Positions 19,771 to 28,825 of a stretch of DNA of 64,000 nucleotides are shown here, piece by piece; the first letter of the stretch is position 1; every line of letters begins with the position of its first letter. The stretch is from Candidatus Woesearchaeota archaeon (GTDB lineage Archaea > Nanobdellota > Nanobdellia > Woesearchaeales > WJIZ01). The stretch lies in the NCBI GenBank assembly GCA_018303125.1, contig JAGVYS010000002.1:6600-70599 (forward strand), read 5' to 3'. The notes beneath the pieces were generated by a model. That model did not search any database. It had not been told where the DNA came from and worked only from the letters and a program-made list of their open reading frames with translations. The position numbers and the translations under genes are program-made.

Positions 19771-20202
19771 TCACATCTCTTCCTTTATTGTCGCTGTTAC
19801 AACCATTGTATGTGTGGTCTCTACCTTTTCCCCTTTCCTGAACTTTAGGAGATAATCATTGAATTCGACAACATCCTTGAACTTGAGCTTCATGAGTAAA
19901 TCATGTTCTCCGGTAATGCCGAATACTTCCTTGACGTGCGGGTTCTCAAGTATGCCGGTCCCTAAATTTACAGAAGGCTTTGTTTTAACGAACATGAACA
20001 CAATGAAACCTTCATCTGCCTTGTTGTTGTCGAGCTTTACTGTGAATCTTTCTATTACCCTTTCATGCCTGAGTTTCTGTATCCTCTGATGGACTGTTGA
20101 TGGCCTTAATCCTGTTCCTCTTGCAATCTCCCTTACAGATAACCTGCTGTCCTCCTTAAGCTTCCCTATTATAGCACTGTCTTTTTTATCCATTATCCAC
20201 AA
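19771..20202 (-). CDS. Lrp/AsnC-family transcriptional regulator
   Basis: HTH_AsnC (SAIIGKLKEDSRLSVREIARGTGLRPSTVHQRIQKL) plus C-terminal RAM domain; real start may be the Met at 20193. Confidence 0.8.
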   Translation of the reverse strand: MWIMDKKDSAIIGKLKEDSRLSVREIARGTGLRPSTVHQRIQKLRHERVIERFTVKLDNNKADEGFIVFMFVKTKPSVNLGTGILENPHVKEVFGITGEHDLLMKLKFKDVVEFNDYLLKFRKGEKVETTHTMVVTATIKEEM

Positions 20203-20287
20203 TTGTACATAAAACTATTTAAAAATTTCTATTATGTCTATTTTATTATAATTTTATTGGACAATTTACACAAAAAAGAGGAAAATT

Positions 20288-20307
20288 TATATTAATATGT
20301 TAATATA
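20288..20307. promoter_or_regulatory. perfect 8-4-8 AT-rich inverted repeat TATATTAA-tatg-TTAATATA between divergent lrp and ahcY
   Basis: Read directly from sequence; lies ~25-40 nt upstream of the ahcY ATG (20331); could be TATA box and/or Lrp operator. Confidence 0.35.
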
Positions 20308-20330
20308 AGATATAGAAAGGTGAATTTGAA

Positions 20331-21596
20331 ATGGACAAAGGAATAAATTATGAAGTAAAGGATATCAGGCTTGCGGAACAGGGAAGGAGAAATCTGGATT
20401 TTGCAGAGATGCACATGGGAGCTTTGCTCAGGATAAGGGAAAGATTTGAGAGGGAAATGCCTTTCAAAGGGATAATGATAGGATTAGCATTGCACGTTAC
20501 CAAAGAAACAGGCATTCTTGTAAGGACGCTGAAATCAGGTGGAGCTGACGTTGCAATAACAGGCTGCAATCCATTGTCAACGCAGGATGATATAGCTGCT
20601 GCCTTGGCTGAAGAAGGAGTAAAAATATGGGCCTATAAGGGCGAGACAAAAGAGGACTATTATAGGTATCTTGAGTATGTAATAAAGACGAAGCCGAATA
20701 TAACCATAGACGACGGCTGCGACCTTGTATCAGAGATTCATAAAAAGCATCCTGAGATAATAAAGGAAGTAGTTTGCGGCTGCGAGGAGACAACAACAGG
20801 CGTAATAAGGCTAAAGGCTATGGAGAGGGACAATGCATTGAGGTACCCTATGATAGCCGTGAATGACAACAAGACAAAGCACCTTCTTGACAATTACTTG
20901 GGGACAGGCGAGTCAACATGGGACGGCATCAAAAGAGGAACAAACATATTGGTATCTGGCAAAACAGTGGTTATAGCAGGATACGGAAGCTGTGGCAAGG
21001 GTGTTGCTCTCAGGGCAAAAGGCATGGGTGCCAGAGTGATAGTTACCGAAGTGGACCATTTTAGGGCCTTGCAGGCTGTTTATGATGGCTGCAACATCAT
21101 GAAAATGGCAGATGCTGCCAAAGTAGGGGATATTTTTATTACAGTAACTGGCAATCTTAGAGTTATAAGGAAGGAGCATTTCCTAACCATGAAGAACGGT
21201 GCGATTCTGGCCAATTCAGGCCATTTTGATGCTGAAATAGACTATGCGGCATTAAAAAGCACAGCTAAGAGCGTCAGGGAAATAAGGCCGCTTGTAGAGG
21301 AGTTTACCCTTGGCAATGGGAAGAAGCTAATCTGCCTCGGGCAGGCAAGGCTTGTAAATCTTGCTCTTGCAGAAGGCCATCCCAGCGAAGTGATGGATAC
21401 ATCATTCTGCGGCCAGGCTCTTGCGTGTGAGTATGGTGTACAGAACAGAGGCAAGCTGCCTAACAAGGTGATAACCCTTCCAGAGGATATAGACAAGAAA
21501 ATTGCAGAACTGAAGCTCGAAGACTATGGGCTAAGCATAGACGAGCTTAACGAAGAGCAATTAAAGTACCTTAGCAGCTGGACAGAAGGGACATAA
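20331..21596 (+). CDS. ahcY: adenosylhomocysteinase
   Basis: Full-length match to SAHH family: NAD-binding GYGSCGKGVALRAKGMGARV, CNPLSTQDDIAAAL, HFDAEID blocks. Confidence 0.95.
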   Translation: MDKGINYEVKDIRLAEQGRRNLDFAEMHMGALLRIRERFEREMPFKGIMIGLALHVTKETGILVRTLKSGGADVAITGCNPLSTQDDIAAALAEEGVKIWAYKGETKEDYYRYLEYVIKTKPNITIDDGCDLVSEIHKKHPEIIKEVVCGCEETTTGVIRLKAMERDNALRYPMIAVNDNKTKHLLDNYLGTGESTWDGIKRGTNILVSGKTVVIAGYGSCGKGVALRAKGMGARVIVTEVDHFRALQAVYDGCNIMKMADAAKVGDIFITVTGNLRVIRKEHFLTMKNGAILANSGHFDAEIDYAALKSTAKSVREIRPLVEEFTLGNGKKLICLGQARLVNLALAEGHPSEVMDTSFCGQALACEYGVQNRGKLPNKVITLPEDIDKKIAELKLEDYGLSIDELNEEQLKYLSSWTEGT

Positions 21597-21641
21597 TTTC
21601 CAGAATATTTAAATAAGTCATTTTAAGAATATTCACCTGAA

Positions 21642-23198
21642 TTGAATATGAAAGGGGTGATAATCTTATTTTGGCTCTTTGCACTATGCTATTCTGTAAC
21701 TGGCCTGGAATATGAAAGTGTTTTTGAAGGCGAAATAAGCAACAATGCCATCGTTTCTGCAGATAACCAGAGCTTCAAGGTATCTGCATTTTCAGGAGGA
21801 AAAGCAGTAGTGGATTTCCCTAATGGGGTATCGCGCTTCATGGATACAGGAGAATGCGAAACAGTCGAGGCATACAGGCTCTGCATTCTCAGCATAACTA
21901 TGAGTGAAAAGTTTAACATAACAAAACAGGAGTACCCGATAATTCCTAAGATAAAGATAGAAAAAAAGAAAAACATAGTTGGATTAAACAGGACTTTCGA
22001 AAAAAACAGCATACTTCTTGAGGAAAGGATAAAGGTGAGCGTCGTTATGGTAAATGAGGGAGAGGAAAACATTGTTGGAGCCATTTACCAAGACAAATAC
22101 CCTAAAGAAATTGCCGCTGCCTTATGTGAAGGCTGCATAATAAGCGACAACGAGGTGAGTTGGATAGGAAACCTGAATATCGGCAAGAAGCAGGAATTCT
22201 CATACTTCATTATAGGCAAAAATTCCACTGGCTTTGAGTCAAACGCCACGTTGCTATATGGCGGGATGAAAGTCACTGAAAAACATTCCATAAGTGTGAA
22301 TGCTAACCGGCCATTGATTATTAACTACTCTGTACCGGATAGCGCTGACCTCGGAGAAGAGATAAAAATATTTTTCCGCTTGATAAACAACAATTCAGAA
22401 AGCATAGAAAACATAAGATTCAGGCTTGTTTTTCCTCAAGGGATGAAATTTATAGGTAAAACAGGAAGAATAAGCGAGGAAGGGAATTTCTGGGTCTATA
22501 GGGGCAAGTTGAGTGGAAGTGGGAATGGAAGTATTGAAGAGGATAATATCACGTTCCAATTGGCAGCAAACAGGCTTGGAAAGGCAGGTATAGCCCAGTC
22601 AGTATTCTATAGCTACAGGGGTAGCAACTATAATGAAGATAGTAATTACACCATTGATGTAGATACAGAAGGAATGTATATGGAAGCAAAAACAATAGAA
22701 GCACATGAGCCAAGTACAAAAGCAGTTATTCCCATTATACTGACAAATACTAATTATAGGCATTCATTCAAGAACATAAAGATTGAGGTAGTATCAAATG
22801 GGGTAAAAAGGCCTTATTCTGCATTCAACTCTATCCCACCTAGAGAAATCAAAGAATTGGAGGTTAACATTACTGTGCCGGATGAACAGCAAGAAGTGGA
22901 GATTCTGCTTTCATATGAAACGAATTTTGGGCAGATTATCACAAAAAAGAGCATTGTCACTGTTGGTGTTGGCACAGCCAAAGGAAACATAACCGAAACA
23001 GGCATTAATGTGAATAACAGCATCGGTAACAAAAGCCTTGATTCTGCTGTCACAGAAGACGAGCTTGTTGGATCAGACAACAAGATTTGGATTTATGCTA
23101 TAATCATTACCATTATTGTGATAATAGTCATAATGCTTCTCCTTTCAAAACTCAAGAAGGACAGGGAAGAGGAAAAACTCATGCAGCTTTTGAAGTAA
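21642..23198 (+). CDS. secreted surface protein with C-terminal TM anchor
   Basis: N-terminal signal peptide, many N-x-S/T sequons, C-terminal hydrophobic helix IWIYAIIITIIVIIVIMLLL followed by a KLKKDREEEK tail. Confidence 0.4.
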   Translation: MNMKGVIILFWLFALCYSVTGLEYESVFEGEISNNAIVSADNQSFKVSAFSGGKAVVDFPNGVSRFMDTGECETVEAYRLCILSITMSEKFNITKQEYPIIPKIKIEKKKNIVGLNRTFEKNSILLEERIKVSVVMVNEGEENIVGAIYQDKYPKEIAAALCEGCIISDNEVSWIGNLNIGKKQEFSYFIIGKNSTGFESNATLLYGGMKVTEKHSISVNANRPLIINYSVPDSADLGEEIKIFFRLINNNSESIENIRFRLVFPQGMKFIGKTGRISEEGNFWVYRGKLSGSGNGSIEEDNITFQLAANRLGKAGIAQSVFYSYRGSNYNEDSNYTIDVDTEGMYMEAKTIEAHEPSTKAVIPIILTNTNYRHSFKNIKIEVVSNGVKRPYSAFNSIPPREIKELEVNITVPDEQQEVEILLSYETNFGQIITKKSIVTVGVGTAKGNITETGINVNNSIGNKSLDSAVTEDELVGSDNKIWIYAIIITIIVIIVIMLLLSKLKKDREEEKLMQLLK

Positions 23199-24150
23199 AA
23201 ACACCCTCTGGAAGAAAATTTCCAGTTATTTCCTCATAAAATAACGATATGTCCTTAATCTTTATCATCTCGGGAAATGAATTTCTCAGTTCCTGGATAA
23301 AGCTCCTTAGCTCTCCAGGATCCTTTACAAAAACCCCGAACTCTACAACCAAAGCTGATATGGGATAATGCACAAAGGACACTGAGGCATGCTGCCTGAG
23401 GTATCCCCCAAGTTTTCTTTCTTTTTCCTCTGTTGTATTCTCCAGATTGACCTGGATATTGTAATGTGTAAACCCAAATTTTGAAATATCAGAGACAATA
23501 TAGAAAGAAGTTATAATTCCAGATGCTTTAAGCAACTTTATCCTCCTGCTTACAGCTTCAGGGGTTATTTTCGCTTTTTTTGAGAGCGACACGCAGTCAA
23601 GTCTGGCATTGTTCCTAAGCAAGCTCATTATAAGAAGATCTGTTTCATCTATGCCATAGCTGTTAATCCTGATTTCTTTGGCGTTTATTGTCTTGGAAAA
23701 GAATTTTGAGCGAAAATAATGGCATCGTTCCAGAGTCACCACCTCATATTTCCCAAGATTTTTTCCCAGGCTCTGCCTTAGCTCTCTCAGCAGGCTGCCC
23801 AAATGCGTGGTGTTTCTGGAATAAATGTCGAAAATAAAGCTCCATTTTCCTGCTGATGCAGTAAGCCAGCCTACAAGCTTGTTTTCTGCCAAGCGCTCTA
23901 TTATCTGCTCTTCCATGCTTTTGCCTGCGCTATTTATTTCCAGATAAACAACGTTCTTGGTATACCCTAATTCCTCAAGGCTTATATCCGCGCAGAAGGC
24001 ACTAATAATCCCTGATTTCAAAAGCCTCTTGATGCGGTAATCTGCAACCTCCCGAGATATTCCTGCTGATTTTGCAATCCTTGTGACAGAGAGCCTGCAA
24101 TCTGACGAAAGCTCTTCCAAGATTCTCTTATCCTTGACATCCATATACAT
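23179..24150 (-). CDS. tandem (duplicated) Lrp/AsnC-family transcriptional regulator
   Basis: Two HTH_AsnC-like modules in one polypeptide (DKRILEELSSDCRLSVTRIAKSAGISREVADYRIKRL and DETDLLIMSLLRNNARLDCVSLSKKAKITPEAVSRRIKLL), each followed by a RAM-like region. Confidence 0.65.
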   Translation of the reverse strand: MYMDVKDKRILEELSSDCRLSVTRIAKSAGISREVADYRIKRLLKSGIISAFCADISLEELGYTKNVVYLEINSAGKSMEEQIIERLAENKLVGWLTASAGKWSFIFDIYSRNTTHLGSLLRELRQSLGKNLGKYEVVTLERCHYFRSKFFSKTINAKEIRINSYGIDETDLLIMSLLRNNARLDCVSLSKKAKITPEAVSRRIKLLKASGIITSFYIVSDISKFGFTHYNIQVNLENTTEEKERKLGGYLRQHASVSFVHYPISALVVEFGVFVKDPGELRSFIQELRNSFPEMIKIKDISLFYEEITGNFLPEGVFTSKAA

Positions 24151-24256
24151 TATTTGCTATACCTGACTAAAAATATAAAAATATTTTGTTTTTGTAAATT
24201 TTTGTATATAAAGATTTATATTAATTTATAGACTCTTACCACTTAAAGGTTACAAA

Positions 24257-25282
24257 ATGACAGGAAAAACAATTGATACCGCACTTGGGAAATTCAGCAA
24301 GGAGAAATTCAGGGCCCTTGTAAACGTGCGTGAAACTGCGCTGCACGGCCTAAGGGAAGCATTAAAGGAAGCTGGATACACTGAAGTGACTACTTCTACT
24401 TTAGTGAACATTGCAGGCTCATGCGAAAATCCTCATGCGTCTTTCCCTGTGGATTACTATGGAAGGGAAGCACATCTTTCCCAGAGCGCCCAGATACAGC
24501 TTGAGGCACTTGTTATAAGGCTAAAGAGCGGCTTTTTTACTGTGAATAACAGTTTCAGGGAGGAAAACTATGACGACCCTGAAGCTGCCGGAAGAAGGCT
24601 CTCTGAGTTCACTCTGGTTGAACCTGAAAGGCCATACAAAGGGATGCATCCTGGAAAAGCACTAGACAGGATAATAGAGGAGCAGTGCAGGGTGGTAAAA
24701 CACGCCACTAAGAAAGTCCTTGACAGCCACGCTGCTGATATCTCATTGCTTGGGGGCAATGCAAATTATCTCTGCAATACAATTGATTCCCCATTTCAAA
24801 GGATAAGCTATGAAAATACATTGAGGATCCTAAACAGGAACAGCAACAGGTATAGATTTGGTGATGACCTTGGGATCAAGGAAGAGAAGAAGATATTAGC
24901 GTATTTTGGAAATATTCCCACATTCGTTACGCATTACCCTGCCTCGATAAAATTCTTCAACATGAAAAGGATGCCTGACAGGAGAAAGGTTTACAACGTG
25001 GATCTCCTGATGCCAAGGCTTGGCGAGACTAGCGGAGGTGCTGTAAGAGAGGAAAACGGAGCAAGATTGAAGAAGCAACTGGTAAATTCCAGAATAGGAA
25101 AGTACATCTCCGAAAAAGGCCAGAATCCTGTCGCAGTATTCGGGGAATACTTAAGCCTCTTCAAGCAGGAAAGACCGCTTTTAAGAGGCGGTTATGGAAT
25201 TGGGTTTGAGAGATATGTCGGCTTTCTCCTTCAGTCCAACGATATATTAGCAACCATAGCTTACAGAACACTAAAACCGTAA
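24257..25282 (+). CDS. asnA: archaeal asparagine synthetase A-like protein (AsnRS/AspRS catalytic core without anticodon-binding domain)
   Basis: Class II aaRS motif 2 (SFREENYDDPEAAGRRLSEFTLVE) and motif 3 (GGYGIGFERYVGFLL) present; no N-terminal OB/anticodon-binding domain. Confidence 0.6.
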   Translation: MTGKTIDTALGKFSKEKFRALVNVRETALHGLREALKEAGYTEVTTSTLVNIAGSCENPHASFPVDYYGREAHLSQSAQIQLEALVIRLKSGFFTVNNSFREENYDDPEAAGRRLSEFTLVEPERPYKGMHPGKALDRIIEEQCRVVKHATKKVLDSHAADISLLGGNANYLCNTIDSPFQRISYENTLRILNRNSNRYRFGDDLGIKEEKKILAYFGNIPTFVTHYPASIKFFNMKRMPDRRKVYNVDLLMPRLGETSGGAVREENGARLKKQLVNSRIGKYISEKGQNPVAVFGEYLSLFKQERPLLRGGYGIGFERYVGFLLQSNDILATIAYRTLKP

Positions 25283-25299
25283 AGAATAAAGATAAAATC

Positions 25300-26280
25300 T
25301 TATTGCTTCTTGCCCTTGCTCATGGAGTATACAAGGAATCCTGCCACAGCAAGTATTACTATTCCAAGGAATATCCATTTCAGCAGTGAGGATTTTTCAA
25401 CAGCTTCTTCAGGCACAACCTCGCCGCCTTTAGCTTCATCAGTTTTCTCTTCAGCTTTTTCTCCCTGATCCTGTGAAACAGGAGCACTTGGCTTCTCTCC
25501 TTTTATCGCGAAATAGCTGAAGCCTGGAGTCTTTGCCTCGAAATAAGCATAGGTACTATCTGCCCTTGTTTCCTTTGTTTCTAGTTCAGTCCATTCGGTA
25601 GTATATCTCATAAGCTTAACGGTATCACGCTGGATATTGTTTGTATTGAACCATGAAAAGGGTATCTTGAACTCAATGGCTGCACTGCTTATTCCTGAAT
25701 CAGGCAAGTTCTTTGCATCTATATCAAGGTACTGGAATATCTCGCCAGCCGGGGCACTAACACTGGATGGCTTGTTGATGCTCTTTACATCAAGTTCTAC
25801 ATTGTTACGATCTGAATTCACAGTTATTTTAACGGAATCAACAGCTATTGCGCTGTTTGCAATATCCATCTTCACTTCTTCATCCTTCTTTACAGTTGCC
25901 CATGCCTTTGTGACAGAGGCTTTTACTGTATCACCTGCTGGTGTTGAGCCGACAACACCGCCACTTGAGCTAGATGATGAAGAGCTCGATGAGGAGGAAC
26001 TGGCAGCGCTATAATGTAATGTTACATTAGCTAAATGAGTTGAAGGTATTGTGCTTATTGTTATATTCTGGTTGTCGGCATCATCTATAGTCGTCACAAT
26101 AAATGTATAACGGCAGATGGTTGAACAAGTAGAGGGAATACTGAATGTCGTTGAGTTTGTAGTTACATTGGAATTAGGAATCTCTGTAAGATTGTTTGCA
26201 GTTATATTATTGCTTAAGTTTATTCTGTCAGTAGTAAGATTATACCAAATCCTATACCTTAAGCCACACAGCCGACCATC
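25300..26280 (-). CDS. C-terminal portion of a large surface protein: sequon-rich linker, poly-Ser tract, PGF-pre-PGF-like domain, C-terminal TM anchor; probably continuous with the upstream ORF via a +1 frameshift. The ORF-track call 25300..26097 uses a GTG start
   Basis: Reading frame stays open upstream of the GTG to a TAA at 26281-26283 and encodes NLT/NLS/NIT/NVT/NST sequons; no signal peptide or ATG/SD; C-terminus has YFEAKTPGFSYFAIKG (pre-PGF-like) then TM LGIVILAVAGFLVY plus basic tail. Confidence 0.45.
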   Translation of the reverse strand, partial: DGRLCGLRYRIWYNLTTDRINLSNNITANNLTEIPNSNVTTNSTTFSIPSTCSTICRYTFIVTTIDDADNQNITISTIPSTHLANVTLHYSAASSSSSSSSSSSSSGGVVGSTPAGDTVKASVTKAWATVKKDEEVKMDIANSAIAVDSVKITVNSDRNNVELDVKSINKPSSVSAPAGEIFQYLDIDAKNLPDSGISSAAIEFKIPFSWFNTNNIQRDTVKLMRYTTEWTELETKETRADSTYAYFEAKTPGFSYFAIKGEKPSAPVSQDQGEKAEEKTDEAKGGEVVPEEAVEKSSLLKWIFLGIVILAVAGFLVYSMSKGKKQ

Positions 26281-28651
26281 TTATCGTCGCGACATTGCTT
26301 GCATTTGTTACTGTAATATTTGACGGGTGTTTTGGATTTATCGTGTCGCTTGGTGTCCTGTTCAAGAAAGTTTGGTTTCCGTATACATCCAATCTTTCAT
26401 TGCCTGAATGGTCTATGTAGGTTACAGTATACCAATAAGTAATTCCTTGCTTTGTTGTATTATCCACATAGCTATTAGAGCCTGATAAATTTGCAATCCT
26501 TGTTATATTAGATGTGCCTGCATACAATGAAGCGTTTGTCTGGTTAGTTGCTGACCTGAATAGCCCATATTTGGCAGCGCTTGGATGAGGAACCCATGTT
26601 ATGTTTATATTTCCATCACCGCCATTCACTGTATTATTCAAGTTGCTTATGTTTACTCCATCAGCTATGGGTATAGTATCTAAAGTGAACATATAGGTTA
26701 ATGAAGTGTTTACATTGCTGCTATAATCACTGCAAGTAACATTCCAAATATAATTGTTATTTCCAAGGCTTGGAGAGACATTGATTTCTGGGATTCCTGA
26801 ACTTGCATTTATGTTTGTAATGTTCACAGTTGCATTAATCGAAATGTTGCAGATCATATCATGAGCTATATTATCCGTTGCTGTGAAATTGAACGTAACA
26901 GAAGTTCTACTGAGATTTGAATTGTTAGCTGGGCTTGTTACAACAAAGGTTGGCGCACGCGCATCTGTTACAGTAATAGTTATGTTCTCGCTCTCGGCCT
27001 CATTGCCTGAGGTATCATTCGCAGAAACCCATAATTTAAAGTTTCCTGATATATTTAAACTGAGGTTATATGATGCATTGACTGCTGCTATGCCTGACCT
27101 TGTCTCAACTACCTTTACAGGATATGCTGAGGAGTTAATCCAAAGCTTAACGAACGCTATATTTGTGTGATTGTCAGTCCAGTTAGACAATATGCCTATT
27201 CCGCTTCCTGCTGTGGCTGTCATTGTGCTTATGTTAGCTGCCCTGAAAGATACCAAGTCTAAGCCAGGATCCCTAGTATCAACAGTGAAGGTCCTGTTTA
27301 TTGACCTGTTAAGGTTATTAGCTGCATCATCACAATAAACAGTCCAATTATAGGTACCACTGTTAAATCCGGCTGTTGTATTTAGCTGTGTTGTCCCTGA
27401 TGCTGTAGATACGTTAATCTCTGAGATATTTACAGCATATGTTCCTGCATTTTGTATTGAAACATTGCACCTTGCAGTTGCATCAAAATCAGATACGCTG
27501 AAATTGAACGAAACACTCGTTGAAGTGGTATTGAATCCATTAACTGGTGCAATAAAATCAATATTTGGAGCCTGTGTATCAGCTACAGTTAGAGTTATAT
27601 TTTCAGTTTCGCCTTCATTCCCAGCTGAGTCAACGGCTGAAGCCCAGACTTTATAGTTTCCTGCTGAAACAGCTGGTAATAAATATGAAACATTCAGTAC
27701 TGCACCCGTTACTCCACCTGTCTGATTGGCAAATGTCGCAGAAGTATTAATCCATAGCCTTACCAAGGATATGTTGGTGCCATTATCATTCCATTTTGTG
27801 CTTATGTTTATCCACGAACCGGCGTTAGGTGTTAGTGTGCTTACATTTGTTACCCTAAAATAGGTTAAATCTATCTGTGGGTCAGTTGTATCAATATGGA
27901 CGGTGATATTTGCCATTGTTACATTGAGGTTGCTTAGTGTATCATTGCATTCTGGCCTTACTATATAGTCGCCGTCACCCAAGTTGCTGAAGAGGAAATC
28001 AAATCTGGTAGAAGCTCTTGTATACAGTGTTTGGTTCGTTATATTCAAACCACCCACAAAAGTTGTTCCTGGCTTGTTACCTATAGTTAAGTTTCTCCAT
28101 ATATGCACATTGCATGCGCTCAAATTAAACTGGTCAAAAGCAGTAAAACTGAGATTTATTGAATTGGTAGAGCTATTGCTGCCATTGACAAGTGAACTTA
28201 AAAGTGAAACTTCTGGATAAAGAGTATCTACCGTGACTACCCTTGTAGGAATCGAGAAATTGGCAATCTTTGTGGAATTTTCGAAGATAGAGAAGTTCAG
28301 AGTTACAGAGCCATTAATTGTTGGGTTCCAACTGCATGAGTAAAGAGAAAGGTTTGTCAGGCCAACTCCGCCCGAGTTATCGGTTTGGTTGCCGCACGCA
28401 AAAGTCCATGTTGTGGTGCCTGAAAGCTGGTAAGTCACATTAAAACTGGTGACGTTTGCCAACTGTTCTGTATAATTCACGCTTACGTTGATTTTAAATG
28501 GAACGCTTGTAGCACTTATATTCTCGCCTATCGCTGGAGCTAGAACAGCAGTCAATCCTCCGATTTCAGCATAAACAAAAATAGCAAGTGATGTTAATAT
28601 TAGGGATGCTAGAAGAACAACGCTTAAATCGAATCTACCCCCTTTTTTCAT
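26252..28651 (-). CDS. large secreted repeat-containing surface (glyco)protein, N-terminal portion (ORF-track start 28693; Met at 28651 preferred)
   Basis: Signal peptide MKKGGRFDLSVVLLASLILTSLAIFVYA preceded by a GAGG SD-like box; at least three ~190-aa internal repeats (TDPQIDLTYFRVTNVSTLTPNAGSWINIS... / RDPGLDLVSFRAANISTMTATAGSGIGILS...); very high N-x-S/T density; ends in a TAG with no membrane anchor. Confidence 0.5.
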   Translation of the reverse strand: MKKGGRFDLSVVLLASLILTSLAIFVYAEIGGLTAVLAPAIGENISATSVPFKINVSVNYTEQLANVTSFNVTYQLSGTTTWTFACGNQTDNSGGVGLTNLSLYSCSWNPTINGSVTLNFSIFENSTKIANFSIPTRVVTVDTLYPEVSLLSSLVNGSNSSTNSINLSFTAFDQFNLSACNVHIWRNLTIGNKPGTTFVGGLNITNQTLYTRASTRFDFLFSNLGDGDYIVRPECNDTLSNLNVTMANITVHIDTTDPQIDLTYFRVTNVSTLTPNAGSWINISTKWNDNGTNISLVRLWINTSATFANQTGGVTGAVLNVSYLLPAVSAGNYKVWASAVDSAGNEGETENITLTVADTQAPNIDFIAPVNGFNTTSTSVSFNFSVSDFDATARCNVSIQNAGTYAVNISEINVSTASGTTQLNTTAGFNSGTYNWTVYCDDAANNLNRSINRTFTVDTRDPGLDLVSFRAANISTMTATAGSGIGILSNWTDNHTNIAFVKLWINSSAYPVKVVETRSGIAAVNASYNLSLNISGNFKLWVSANDTSGNEAESENITITVTDARAPTFVVTSPANNSNLSRTSVTFNFTATDNIAHDMICNISINATVNITNINASSGIPEINVSPSLGNNNYIWNVTCSDYSSNVNTSLTYMFTLDTIPIADGVNISNLNNTVNGGDGNINITWVPHPSAAKYGLFRSATNQTNASLYAGTSNITRIANLSGSNSYVDNTTKQGITYWYTVTYIDHSGNERLDVYGNQTFLNRTPSDTINPKHPSNITVTNASNVATIRWSAVWLKV

Positions 28652-28825
28652 GTTTTTTATTCCTCGAATCGCAAAAACTCGACGATAAACCAAATTATTC
28701 TATCAATTATGAAAGAACGCCTATTTAAACATTTCTTTTTATATTCATTTCCATTGTTTTATCGCCGACAATAACCTGAAAAAATCGACAAAACAATTAT
28801 ATATTGCCGTTCAAAATAAAACCAA

